From positions 140,866 to 204,865 of the forward strand of contig JAFTTI010000014.1 of the NCBI GenBank assembly GCA_017466865.1: 64,000 nt of DNA, given 5' to 3'. The DNA comes from Oscillospiraceae bacterium (GTDB taxonomy: Bacteria; Bacillota; Clostridia; Oscillospirales; Ruminococcaceae). How positions within the stretch are numbered: position 1 is the first letter of the stretch; each line of letters starts with the position of its first letter. The translations under genes and the position numbers were made by a program. Positions 17,325-27,099 of this stretch are shown here, piece by piece. Below the pieces are notes generated by a model. That model worked only from the letters and a program-made list of their open reading frames with translations, was not told the DNA's origin and did no database searches.

Positions 17325-18569
17325 GTGAACGCGTTGAAAAAAAGATTTTCAAAAGTAATGCTTGTTACAATACTTTCTTCGTTGCTTCTTTCGGCGTGTA
17401 ACCCTGTAAGTGACAGACCGGGGGATATTGTAACAGATACTCCTGATTTTATTGTTACCGACGAAACAACAGAAACTTCAAGCCATATTCCTGAGGTTGA
17501 ATTTTCTGTATGGCAGGATAGCATTCCCGATAAATGCACAAGCAGATACGGCTATCTTTCACTTGATGCTTCTGAAAAAGAAATTTATAATACCATAGTT
17601 AATGGCGCTAAAAACTATTCAAAAGAAATAAAGATTTCAAGAGAGATAAAGAAAGAGCGCCTTGAAGAAATCTGTGAAATGATTTTTATTGAGGAAAATT
17701 CACTTTACTATCTTTCTGATGAATATATAATAACTCACAACGCTCTTACAGGAAAGGTCACATCGATAGTTCTCAGTTATAAATATGATTTTGAAGAACT
17801 CGCTTATCTCAATACCATGACCGAAGAAAAGGTTGCTGAAATCCTTTCAAAAACCGATGACAGTATGTCTGATGTTGATAAACTCAGAATTTTCCACGAT
17901 GAGATAATTTTCGGCTGTAAATACGAAACCGAAGGAAGATATGTTTCTACTCCTTTTGGTGCACTTGTTGAAGGAAATGCGCTTTGTGAAGGTTATGCGA
18001 GAGCGATGGCGATTCTCTGTAACAAAGCAGGAATTGAAAATATGCTCGCAACAGGAACGCAGTATAACAGCGACGGAAACGGAAATACCACAGAAGAAGC
18101 TCACATGTGGAATATGATAAAGATAGACGATCTCTGGTATAATATGGACGTTACATGGGACGATCCTGCATCTATGAAGGATGGCAGAGAACTTCCCGAT
18201 GACTATATCAGTTATAGTTATTTCCTTATTCCGAATAACGAACTCCGCCCGACTCTTTCTGTAAGAACGGATCTGGTTGAACCTCCTGCAGCATATTCTC
18301 TCGAAAACAACTATTTTGTATATTACGGATATTATGCAAAAAGTTATGATGAGGCAAAAGAAATCCTTGAAAAAGCAATAGAGGATGGATATGCGAGAGG
18401 CGACCGTTATGTAAGAATCAAGTTCGCTACACCTGCACTTTACAAGGAAGCGGCGTATAAGCTTTTCAGCAAAAAAGAAATCTTTACGGTGTGTCCCGAT
18501 ATGCTACCGAAGAAGATGGAATTTTACTGGAACGAAAATGCAAAATGCATACAATTTTCAATAAGATAA
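17325..18569 (+). CDS. transglutaminase-like lipoprotein, paralog 4 of 4
   Basis: Lipobox LSAC. Catalytic motifs are ALCEGYARA, EAHMWNMI and YNMDVTWDD. The true start is probably TTG 17334, which has better spacing from AAAGGGG. Confidence 0.78.
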   Translation: MNALKKRFSKVMLVTILSSLLLSACNPVSDRPGDIVTDTPDFIVTDETTETSSHIPEVEFSVWQDSIPDKCTSRYGYLSLDASEKEIYNTIVNGAKNYSKEIKISREIKKERLEEICEMIFIEENSLYYLSDEYIITHNALTGKVTSIVLSYKYDFEELAYLNTMTEEKVAEILSKTDDSMSDVDKLRIFHDEIIFGCKYETEGRYVSTPFGALVEGNALCEGYARAMAILCNKAGIENMLATGTQYNSDGNGNTTEEAHMWNMIKIDDLWYNMDVTWDDPASMKDGRELPDDYISYSYFLIPNNELRPTLSVRTDLVEPPAAYSLENNYFVYYGYYAKSYDEAKEILEKAIEDGYARGDRYVRIKFATPALYKEAAYKLFSKKEIFTVCPDMLPKKMEFYWNENAKCIQFSIR

Positions 18570-18606
18570 AACCGCTGAGGATTATGAAATCCACAGCGGT
18601 TTTTTG
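18568..18606 (+). terminator. intrinsic terminator
   Basis: Hairpin AAACCGCTG-loop-CAGCGGTTT followed by TTTT. Confidence 0.8.
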
Positions 18607-18662
18607 TTGCGAAAAAAACTTTTCTGCATAAAATATAAGTATCATTATGCGGAGGTTAATTT

Positions 18663-19520
18663 ATGAAAAACAAGATACTTGTCGCAGGAGGGGATTTAAG
18701 ACAGATTTTCCTTGCCTTATCGCTTTCTTGCGAATATGATACTTATATTTATGGAATTGATGATGATACCTATACAGAAAAACTCAAAAAAGATGACGGA
18801 AAAACTATTTATGATGCAGTGATACTTCCCGTTCCTGTTACAAATGATGGCGAAACTCTTTTTTCTCCTTTTTCTGAAAATAAAATTTCTTTATATGAGG
18901 TCGCAGAAAAGGTAAAGAAAAACGGAATTGTTTTCGGTGGAAGATTCGGAAATTCAGAAAAAATATTCAGAGAAAACGGAATAGATACCATAGACTATCT
19001 TTTGAGGGAGGAACTTTCTGTTATGAATGCTGTTGCAACGGCAGAGGGCGCATTAGGGATTGCTATGGAAGAAAGTCCCGAAACGATTTTTGGTAACAAG
19101 ATACTCATAACAGGCTTTGGAAGAATAGCAAAAACTCTCGCTAAAATACTTGTTTCTATGGGCGCGGATGTAACTGTCTGTGCAAGAAAAAAGAGTGATA
19201 TCTCTTGGGCGGAAATATTCGGATGCAAAGGCAGGGATTTTTCACTACTCAATGAAAAATCTGATTTTAAAATCATATTCAATACAGTTCCGACAGAGAT
19301 TTTCACAAAAGAAAAACTTTCACTTTTAAATCCTTCGGTGCTTATAATCGACCTTGCTTCAAAACCGGGTGGAGTTGATTTTGAATCGGCATCTTTGATG
19401 GGAATAAAAACTATATGGGCGTTATCTCTCCCCGGAAAAGTAGCGCCTGTTACATCAGGAGAGATAATTGCCAAAACTATAAGAAATATTTTAACAGAGA
19501 GGGGAGATATGAATGTCTGA
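18663..19520 (+). CDS. dpaA: dipicolinate synthase subunit A
   Basis: The N-terminus ILVAGGDLRQIFLAL resembles SpoVFA. A Rossmann motif ITGFGRIAKT is present. It overlaps dpaB by 8 nt. Confidence 0.85.
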   Translation: MKNKILVAGGDLRQIFLALSLSCEYDTYIYGIDDDTYTEKLKKDDGKTIYDAVILPVPVTNDGETLFSPFSENKISLYEVAEKVKKNGIVFGGRFGNSEKIFRENGIDTIDYLLREELSVMNAVATAEGALGIAMEESPETIFGNKILITGFGRIAKTLAKILVSMGADVTVCARKKSDISWAEIFGCKGRDFSLLNEKSDFKIIFNTVPTEIFTKEKLSLLNPSVLIIDLASKPGGVDFESASLMGIKTIWALSLPGKVAPVTSGEIIAKTIRNILTERGDMNV

Positions 19521-20094
19521 TTTTGAAGGACTTAAAATAGGCTATGCTTTCTGTGGCTCTTTCTGCACATTCCGTAAAAGCATTGAAGAACTGAAAAAAC
19601 TTGCTGAAAACGGGGCAAAAATAACGCCTATAATGTCATTTGTCGCGTTTGATACCAATACCCGTTTCGGAAAGGCAGAGGACATCAGAAAAGAGATAGA
19701 AGATATATGTGGGAATAAGATAATAAATTCTATTGAAGACGCAGAACCGATAGGACCTAAGAATATGTTTGATGTTTTGGTTGTAGCACCCTGCACGGGA
19801 AACACAACAGCAAAACTTGCCGCAGGGATAATAGATACCCCCGTTACAATGGCTGTAAAATCGCATATAAGAAATATGAAACCCGTTGTTCTTGCGATAG
19901 CAACAAATGATGCACTCGCAGGTTCTGCAAAGAATATCGGAATGCTTCATAATTACCGCAATTTCTTTTTTGTTCCCTATGGTCAGGATGATTATATGGG
20001 AAAACCAAATTCTCTTGTTTCGGATTTTACAAAAATTCCCGAAACGATTTTAAGGGCACTCGGTGGAAAACAGATTCAACCTATATTATTATAA
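19513..20094 (+). CDS. dpaB: dipicolinate synthase subunit B (flavoprotein)
   Basis: It is collinear by eye with B. subtilis SpoVFB (GYAFCGSFCTF, TNTRFG, AEPIGPK, VVAPCTGNT, FFVPYGQDD, KPNSLV). Confidence 0.88.
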   Translation: MSDFEGLKIGYAFCGSFCTFRKSIEELKKLAENGAKITPIMSFVAFDTNTRFGKAEDIRKEIEDICGNKIINSIEDAEPIGPKNMFDVLVVAPCTGNTTAKLAAGIIDTPVTMAVKSHIRNMKPVVLAIATNDALAGSAKNIGMLHNYRNFFFVPYGQDDYMGKPNSLVSDFTKIPETILRALGGKQIQPILL

Positions 20095-20131
20095 AAAAAT
20101 GGCTATCGGTAATTTCCGATAGCCATTTGTG
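20094..20131. terminator. bidirectional intrinsic terminator
   Basis: AAAAAAATGGCTATCGG-TAATTT-CCGATAGCCATTT between convergent genes. Confidence 0.8.
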
Positions 20132-20143
20132 TTTTCTGAAAAA

Positions 20144-20914
20144 TTATTCAGCAGAACCTTCAGCGTATTTAGCAGAGAATTCGTTGATTGTTCCGTCTGC
20201 AATCATCTTTTCGATTGATGCATTGATCTTTGCAAGAAGTTCATCATTGCCCTTTGCAACTGCGATAGCGTATTCTTCAGATGCGAATGCTTCATCGTCT
20301 TCAACGATAACAAGACCTTCATTGTCGCCGATGTATTTAGCAGCTGTTGCTGAGTCGATAACAACAACATCACACTTGCCGTTTACAAGTTCCATAACGG
20401 CTTCTGTACCCTTCTTGAATGCTTCGTAATCGTATCCCATATCGTTTACACAAGTTTCACCTGTATACCCTTGTATAACAACGATTTTCTTGTCTGCCAT
20501 ATCAGAAGCCTTCTTGATGTCTGAACCTTCCTTAACGATCATTACCTGCTTTGCAACATAGTAAGGTGTTGAGAAGTTAACTGCTTCTTTTCTTTCTTCA
20601 GTAACTGTCATACCTGCGATAACAGCATCAATCTGACCATTCTGAAGTGCGATGAGAAGTGAGTCGAATTCCATATTTTCAATCTTTACAGCCATTCCGT
20701 TATCGTCGCCTATTTTCTTTGCAACGGCGATGTCGATTCCGTCATACTGGTCGATGATTCCGTTTGATGAAACGAATTCAAAAGGAGGGAATTCAGCGTT
20801 TGTGCCGAATACGAGTGTGTCTGCTGCTTTTTCTTTTGCACATCCTGAAAGCATTGTAGCAGAAAGAACTACTGCACCTGCGAGTGCTGCGATTTTTTTG
20901 AGTGTTTTTACCAT
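20144..20914 (-). CDS. amino-acid ABC transporter substrate-binding lipoprotein
   Basis: Lipobox LSGC. It has a type-3 SBP pattern (GTNAEFPPFEF, DIAVAKKI, IDAVIAGMT) and is the last gene of a permease-ATPase-SBP operon. Confidence 0.85.
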   Translation of the reverse strand: MVKTLKKIAALAGAVVLSATMLSGCAKEKAADTLVFGTNAEFPPFEFVSSNGIIDQYDGIDIAVAKKIGDDNGMAVKIENMEFDSLLIALQNGQIDAVIAGMTVTEERKEAVNFSTPYYVAKQVMIVKEGSDIKKASDMADKKIVVIQGYTGETCVNDMGYDYEAFKKGTEAVMELVNGKCDVVVIDSATAAKYIGDNEGLVIVEDDEAFASEEYAIAVAKGNDELLAKINASIEKMIADGTINEFSAKYAEGSAE

Positions 20915-20972
20915 TTTTAAACTCCCCTTAATGATTAAATTTTTATTATAAGGACATTCCCTTATTTACATA

Positions 20973-21695
20973 TTAAAGAACTTTACTTAAGAACTTTACA
21001 GTTCTTTCGTTCTGTGGATTTCCGAAAACCTGATCGGGTGTTCCGCTTTCCATAATAACGCCTTGGTCCATAAAGAGAACTCTTGTAGCAACTTCTCTTG
21101 CAAAGCCCATTTCGTGAGTAACAACAACCATTGTCATACCTGATTTTGCAAGATCCTTCATAACATCTAAAACTTCGCCGACCATTTCGGGATCGAGTGC
21201 TGATGTGGGTTCATCGAAAAGCATTATTTCAGGTTCCATAGCGAGAGCACGGGCAATTGCAACACGCTGTTTCTGTCCGCCTGAAAGCTGGTTGGGATAG
21301 GAATCTGCTTTATCTGAAAGACCAACCCTTGAGAGAAGTTCCATTCCTTTTTTGACAGCATCTTCTTTAGACATCTTCTTTAAAAGAACGGGCGCTAATG
21401 TAATGTTATCAATAATTGTGAGATGTGGGAAAAGGTTGAACTGCTGAAAAACCATCCCCATTTTCTGTCTGATAAGATTTACATTTGCTTTTTTGGAATT
21501 TATCTGTTCGTCATCGATGAAAATCTCGCCCTCTGTCGGCTTTTCAAGAAGGTTAAGACAACGTAAGAATGTTGATTTTCCTGAACCTGAAGGCCCTATT
21601 ACAACGACAACTTCGCCCTGTGTTATATGTTCATCTATCCCTGCGAGAACGCTTAAATCCCCGAAGGTTTTGTGAAGATTTTTTACCTTGATCAA
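20973..21695 (-). CDS. amino-acid ABC transporter ATP-binding protein
   Basis: Walker [10 protein letters not shown], signature [15 protein letters not shown], Walker [12 protein letters not shown]. Confidence 0.92.
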   Translation of the reverse strand: MIKVKNLHKTFGDLSVLAGIDEHITQGEVVVVIGPSGSGKSTFLRCLNLLEKPTEGEIFIDDEQINSKKANVNLIRQKMGMVFQQFNLFPHLTIIDNITLAPVLLKKMSKEDAVKKGMELLSRVGLSDKADSYPNQLSGGQKQRVAIARALAMEPEIMLFDEPTSALDPEMVGEVLDVMKDLAKSGMTMVVVTHEMGFAREVATRVLFMDQGVIMESGTPDQVFGNPQNERTVKFLSKVL

Positions 21696-21713
21696 TTTAT
21701 TTTCCCCCTTTTA

Positions 21714-22424
21714 TTATCTTACTTCCGATTTTCTCAGCTGTTTTTCTATAAGTCCGAGTAAAAGGGTTAAAACCTTGATGATTACGAAATAGATTATCGC
21801 TGTTGCGATAAGAGGAAGAATCGGTTTGTATGTAGCGGATTTTATAAAGTCGCCTGCCTTCTGAATATCCATAAGACCTACATATCCGACAATGGCTGTT
21901 TCTTTTATAAGAACGATAAATTCGTTACAAAGTGCGGGGAAGATATTTTTTACAGCCTGAGGAACAACGATTCTGCTCATTGTCTGCGCTGCGTTAAGAC
22001 CTAAAGAACGACCTGCTTCTGTCTGTCCCTTATCTATCGACATAATACCCGCTCTTATGATTTCAGAAACATAAGCACCCGAATTTATACCGAATGCGAT
22101 AGCAGCAATTATCCATTTGTCAAGATGAACTGATGCGAATACAACGAAATAGATAATCATAAGCTGTGTTACAGAAGGTGTACCTCTGATAACATCGGTA
22201 TAGATATTTCCTATTCCTCTTAAAAATTTTGAGTTTGAAAGGTTGAAAAGAGCAATTACCATACCGATTGCTATGCCTAAAACTACCGCTAAAAGCGATA
22301 CTTTTATGGTAACTCCGATACCGTCGAGAAGAAGCATATATCTGTCTTCTTTTATGAATGATGCATAAAAGTCGGCGTAAAAATCATTCCATACATTTGA
22401 GAAAAAATCTGCGATTGTATTCAT
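21714..22424 (-). CDS. amino-acid ABC transporter permease (His/Glu/Gln/Arg type)
   Basis: Polytopic protein with the EAA-like loop TEAGRSLGLNAAQTMSRIVVPQA. Confidence 0.88.
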   Translation of the reverse strand: MNTIADFFSNVWNDFYADFYASFIKEDRYMLLLDGIGVTIKVSLLAVVLGIAIGMVIALFNLSNSKFLRGIGNIYTDVIRGTPSVTQLMIIYFVVFASVHLDKWIIAAIAFGINSGAYVSEIIRAGIMSIDKGQTEAGRSLGLNAAQTMSRIVVPQAVKNIFPALCNEFIVLIKETAIVGYVGLMDIQKAGDFIKSATYKPILPLIATAIIYFVIIKVLTLLLGLIEKQLRKSEVR

Positions 22425-22622
22425 ATTATCATTCCTTTAAGGATTATAGTTTGCAAAAATCAAAATAAATTATACCATATTATTGTATAATAGTCAATAT
22501 ATTTTTGGGTTTTGTATGAATTTTAAGGCGAAAAATCGGCAAATGTGATTATTGAACTATGTTATGTATATATGGTATAATTATTATGTATTATTATACT
22601 CGGATAAAAGGAGCAATGCTTT

Positions 22623-25133
22623 ATGCCATACAGACCCGACGAAGATAACTTCAATAATGTTCGTGAACCGGGAAGAAGCGGAATGGATGAACTCGATCTT
22701 TCGGCAGCAAGAGAAAAGAAAGTCGATAATTCAAAAACACTCAGAAACGGAAGATATGACGGACTTCGTTCTTTCGATGAACTTCCTCCCCTTAAAATAG
22801 ATATGATGAAGGAAGAAAAGAAGCGTGATGTTTCTTCTGAACCTATAAAGACAGAAAAGAGTTATTCAAAATACAAACATTCTGTATATAAAACAGAGGA
22901 AGAAAAGAAACAGCGTATAAGAGGTATCGCGATAGGCGTTGCCTGTGGTATTGCCGTTTATGTTTTCGCGGGTGTTTATGCTAATAGTATAAATAAAGAT
23001 TACATAACAGAAACATCAGGCGAACTTGCGTCTGTTGGTATTTCATCTCTTGAGCTTATAAAAGAAAACTATGACAGCAAGGTGTCTGATTATGATAAAG
23101 AATCAAACGGATTGAGTTTATATCTTGCCGATACTGACGGTGACAGAATTTCAGACGCTTTTGAAATATCAAACAATATGTCTGACCCTGCAAACCCCGA
23201 TACAGACGGTGACGGTCTTACTGACGGCGTTGAAATCTTAGCAGGACTTGCACCCAAACAAAAACAGACTGACGGAAAAACATCTGATAAGGATGTTCCT
23301 TTTACAAGAGAAGAAGTCATAGGCATAGCAACTGCTGAAATGAAGGGTAATGCCAATGTTTACGGAACACAGTTCGCTGAATATACATCAGCCCTTGCAA
23401 ATTACCCGGGTGTTGTAAGTTCTCTTTGCGAACTCTATTCTGTAAAGTCATCAGAAAGTGTCAAGATTTCATTCAACCTTGATGATGAGGCGGTTTCAAA
23501 ATGGGGAAGCAGTAAGGAAAATCTCAAAATCTATAAAGTTGATACAGCAACATCAGAATTTGAAGAAATAGAATCAACATCAGACGGTTCTGCTATTTCA
23601 GCAGAAATCTCAAAAGACGGAATTTATCTTTTAGGCGATAAATCTGTTATGGATGAAGAACATCCTACAAGAGTATTCTTCCTTATCGACAACTCGGGTT
23701 CTATGTATCCCGTTGAGGAATGTGAAGGCTCTGAAGAAAATGATGTTGAATTCAGAAGACTTGACCTTGCTGTAAGCATTATGGATGACCTCTATGATGT
23801 TTCTTTCGGTGCGGGTAAATTTACAGGAAACTATACAACCCTCATCGAGATAAATGACAATCCTTCAAAGACTGAAAAGAGAATAAACAGCATTGCATCA
23901 TCAGATGAATATTTTGACGGAACAAACATAGCTTATGCTTTGAGAAAAGCCGCAGAAGAATTTGATGATAATAAACTTGCCAGAAACTATATAGTTCTTC
24001 TTACAGACGGAAACACAACAACACCCAATACAGCCGCTGAAAGAACAGCCGTTGAATACTGTAATCAGAAGAACATAACAGTTATAACAATAGGACTCGG
24101 AAAACATATAACACAGTCATATCTTCACGATACAGCAGAGGCTACAAATGGAATGTTCTTCCATGTTTCAAACGCAGAAGGGCTTGACGCAGTTTCTGAA
24201 AAGGTGTGCGCTATCATTTCTGAAAACCAGATTTCAGAAAGTGATGAAAAAACAGGTGATATGTTTGTTATAGCCGATACAGGTTATAACTATGAAGAAG
24301 ATGGTCTTCGTTTCGGCATGCCCACAACTGAAAATGTCGATGGTTCGGCACTCGGAACTGCTATGATAAACAAACTCTACTATTCAGGTGCTTTAGAGCT
24401 CACAGCAGACGGATATAAGAGTGGTAAGGGTGGAATAATCGACGGATATGATATTTCAGACCACGCCTTCTTCGGCGATACAAGACAGAACCTCTGCGAC
24501 CTTACTCTCGACTGCACAAAGGATTACAGAGAATATATCATAATGCAGGATAAATGGGATTTCAAAAAGGTAACTGACGGAACTCTCTATTACACCAAAG
24601 AAACAAAGGATTTCCTTTCATCAAAGGGATGGGAAATCGGTATGAGAAAATACAACGGTGAAGGAATTGAAGACGACGGACTTATGAAGGTTATAAGAGT
24701 CATAACATTCCAGAACCTTCCTCCTTTTGAAAACTATGAAACAGCTATTGTAAACACAGAAAAGGTTTCTGCTGAAGATAAGAAAATGGTTGCGGCTATA
24801 AAATATTATGATAACCTCTATCTTTCAGATAAGGCTGACATTCTGTCGTTCGGGGCTAACGGAGATAAGGCATTTGAAGCACTTGAAACCGAACTTTCAA
24901 GCGGTAATCCTTCGGTTGTTACAACAGGGAACAGTGTTTATAACGTTTCAAGACTTTTGAGAAAATCGGCAGACCCCAATACATTTGTTATTGAAGGTTA
25001 TGATGTGAGTGATGGTGAGGTTATAAAGATAACTCTTTCAAAACAGCCTGTATATGATGACAAGGCAGGAACAAAATATCAGTATATCGCAAAAGTCAGC
25101 GATAAAGAAATGCCTCTTTATATTTACAGATAG
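22623..25133 (+). CDS. membrane-anchored von Willebrand factor type A domain protein with calcium-binding TSP3-like repeats
   Basis: AAAGGAG RBS. One TM helix (IRGIAIGVACGIAVYVFAGVYA). D-x-D-x-D repeats (DTDGDRISD, NPDTDGDGLTDGVE). The vWA MIDAS motif is FFLIDNSGSM ... LLTDGNT. The ~330-aa C-terminal region was not recognised. Confidence 0.75.
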   Translation: MPYRPDEDNFNNVREPGRSGMDELDLSAAREKKVDNSKTLRNGRYDGLRSFDELPPLKIDMMKEEKKRDVSSEPIKTEKSYSKYKHSVYKTEEEKKQRIRGIAIGVACGIAVYVFAGVYANSINKDYITETSGELASVGISSLELIKENYDSKVSDYDKESNGLSLYLADTDGDRISDAFEISNNMSDPANPDTDGDGLTDGVEILAGLAPKQKQTDGKTSDKDVPFTREEVIGIATAEMKGNANVYGTQFAEYTSALANYPGVVSSLCELYSVKSSESVKISFNLDDEAVSKWGSSKENLKIYKVDTATSEFEEIESTSDGSAISAEISKDGIYLLGDKSVMDEEHPTRVFFLIDNSGSMYPVEECEGSEENDVEFRRLDLAVSIMDDLYDVSFGAGKFTGNYTTLIEINDNPSKTEKRINSIASSDEYFDGTNIAYALRKAAEEFDDNKLARNYIVLLTDGNTTTPNTAAERTAVEYCNQKNITVITIGLGKHITQSYLHDTAEATNGMFFHVSNAEGLDAVSEKVCAIISENQISESDEKTGDMFVIADTGYNYEEDGLRFGMPTTENVDGSALGTAMINKLYYSGALELTADGYKSGKGGIIDGYDISDHAFFGDTRQNLCDLTLDCTKDYREYIIMQDKWDFKKVTDGTLYYTKETKDFLSSKGWEIGMRKYNGEGIEDDGLMKVIRVITFQNLPPFENYETAIVNTEKVSAEDKKMVAAIKYYDNLYLSDKADILSFGANGDKAFEALETELSSGNPSVVTTGNSVYNVSRLLRKSADPNTFVIEGYDVSDGEVIKITLSKQPVYDDKAGTKYQYIAKVSDKEMPLYIYR

Positions 25134-25136
25134 CCT

Positions 25137-26252
25137 ATGAAAAAGTTGATACAGTTTATTAAAAACGAGATTGTTCTCGTTATATCGTTGTTCGTAGCGG
25201 TGGTTACAATGTTTTTTGTGCCACCGTCTGCGAGTTATATAGGATATATAAATTTTTCGGTAATATCACTTTTATTCTGCCTTATGCTTGTTGTTGCAGG
25301 GGTTATGGAAACAAACCTTTTCGGTGTTGTTTCAGAGAGAATGCTTTTTGTAACAAAGTCTGAAAGGGCAGTGACAATAGTTCTTATTGTGGTAACATTT
25401 TTCAGTTCGATGCTGATAACAAATGATGTTGCACTTATAACTTTTGTTCCTTTGACGATAAGCATTTTCGGAAGCGAACGAAAGGACAGGCTTATTTTAA
25501 CGGTTGTTCTCGAAACTATTGCCGCAAACCTCGGTAGCATGGCAACGCCTGTCGGAAATCCACAGAATTTATATATCTATGATTATTTTTCTCTGACAAT
25601 AGGCGAGTTTTTCGGAATTCTTATGCCGACTGTTATTTTAAGCGTGGTTATGATTTTGATCGCTTGTTTCATAGGAAAGAACAACGCTATGCGTGGCGAC
25701 GACAACATCGACAACGAGATAAAAGATAAGAAAAAACTTGCGTTATATATTGTTCTTTTTATCATCTGTATGATGACTGTTTTAAGAATACTCGATTACA
25801 GAATAACACTTGGCATAGTGGTTTTATCGGCAGTTATCTTCGATAGAAAAATCTTTAAAAAAGTCGATTATTTTCTTCTTCTTACATTTGTTGCATTTTT
25901 CGTTTTTGTCGGAAATTTAAGGGCTATCCCTGAAATAAATTCAGCACTCGGCGAAATGATAAACGGCAGAGAATTCATCTTTTCCGTTATGGCAAGTCAG
26001 ATTATCAGTAATGTTCCCGCAGCGGCTATGCTTTCGGGATTTACAGATAATGCCGCAGCACTACTTATGGGCGTTGATGTCGGGGGACTCGGCACGCCCG
26101 TTGCATCACTCGCAAGTCTTATTTCTTTAAAACTCTATTCGAAAAGCAAGAATTCTGATATGAAAAAATATCTTCTTGTATTCACCGTTATGAATATTAT
26201 TTTCCTTGGCATTTTTATGCTTTTCTGCATATTTATTTTAGGTTACAGATAA
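25137..26252 (+). CDS. ArsB/NhaD-superfamily anion permease (citrate-transporter-like)
   Basis: 371 aa with ~10 TM helices and motifs GSMATPVGNPQNLYI and GGLGTPVASLASL. It starts 3 nt after the vWA gene. Confidence 0.6.
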   Translation: MKKLIQFIKNEIVLVISLFVAVVTMFFVPPSASYIGYINFSVISLLFCLMLVVAGVMETNLFGVVSERMLFVTKSERAVTIVLIVVTFFSSMLITNDVALITFVPLTISIFGSERKDRLILTVVLETIAANLGSMATPVGNPQNLYIYDYFSLTIGEFFGILMPTVILSVVMILIACFIGKNNAMRGDDNIDNEIKDKKKLALYIVLFIICMMTVLRILDYRITLGIVVLSAVIFDRKIFKKVDYFLLLTFVAFFVFVGNLRAIPEINSALGEMINGREFIFSVMASQIISNVPAAAMLSGFTDNAAALLMGVDVGGLGTPVASLASLISLKLYSKSKNSDMKKYLLVFTVMNIIFLGIFMLFCIFILGYR

Positions 26253-26267
26253 TTTTTAAAAACGGAG

Positions 26268-27002
26268 GTGAGAAAAATCAGACGCAAGATTATAATATCA
26301 TCAGTTGTTGTTTTAGCACTCATCGGCTTCATTATATGGGGATATTCGGGTGACGGAAGCAGTGTAAACACGACTCCTTCGCAGACAACTTCAAAGATCA
26401 CAACAGAGGCTTCAGCAACAGAACCCGAAAAGGTTTATCTTCCTTTTTCGGCTACTCTTGAAAACTATAATGATAAAGAATTTTTCTCATCACCCTGTCC
26501 TGATTTTTTAAATGCCGAACAGAAAAAAATATGGCAGGAAGCATATTTTATGACATATATGAGTGTTGCTGAAAATAGCTTCGGACTTACGGGAGAATAT
26601 GAAAAATCTCCCCGCCTTTCTGATGACGGACACGAATATCATTATATGAGAACGGGTGTTTCATATGATGAAATGTATAGCTATATAACAACTGCCTTCA
26701 CAAAGGAATATACAGAAGAAACATTTATGGCGGATACCTATATAAACGATAATGGTGAACTTCTTTTCCATGACCGTGCAAGAAAACCCGATGTCTCGTA
26801 TAGGGATTGTGAATTCAAACTCATTTCGAGCAATTATAACAAGATAGAATTTTCCATGACAGCGCTTTATTCCTGGAAGGATATAGCGACTCTCGGCGAA
26901 CTTGATAAAACAGAAACAGAATCTCATCTTGAAGAGCACACTTTTACGATGGTAAGAACGGAAAACGGCTGGAGGATGGATGAATATAGTTTCTGGCTTT
27001 AA
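26268..27002 (+). CDS. membrane-anchored/secreted hypothetical protein
   Basis: An N-terminal TM anchor and a Thr/Ser linker are followed by a ~190-aa globular part with no recognised motifs. The GTG start abuts GGAGG, so the exact start is uncertain. Confidence 0.5.
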   Translation: MRKIRRKIIISSVVVLALIGFIIWGYSGDGSSVNTTPSQTTSKITTEASATEPEKVYLPFSATLENYNDKEFFSSPCPDFLNAEQKKIWQEAYFMTYMSVAENSFGLTGEYEKSPRLSDDGHEYHYMRTGVSYDEMYSYITTAFTKEYTEETFMADTYINDNGELLFHDRARKPDVSYRDCEFKLISSNYNKIEFSMTALYSWKDIATLGELDKTETESHLEEHTFTMVRTENGWRMDEYSFWL

Positions 27003-27099
27003 CGAAAAGTTTACATTTTTAAAGCAGGTTACCTATTGCTATCTTTTAAAAAAGATAGTATAATACATTTTGGAAATTAATTTGCAAAGGAATGTGAAA

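Noticed and set aside
18627-18635. Sigma-K-like -10 (CATAAAATA) 28 nt upstream of dpaA
   Set aside because: There is no AC -35 element at the expected 16-17 nt spacing. A single 9-mer in AT-rich DNA is not enough, although sigma-K control would be expected by analogy with B. subtilis spoVF.
23100-23240. D-x-D-x-D-G repeats in the vWA protein as possible dockerin modules
   Set aside because: The spacing and flanking residues fit thrombospondin type-3-like calcium repeats (NPDTDGDGLTDGVE). They do not fit the paired F-hand dockerin pattern with its following helices.
27030-27062. AT-rich palindrome CTATCTTTTAAAAAAGATAG upstream of the HD-domain gene
   Set aside because: It sits between plausible -35 (TTGCTA) and -10 (TATAAT) hexamers and is almost pure A/T. 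It cannot be distinguished from chance or a weak hairpin.
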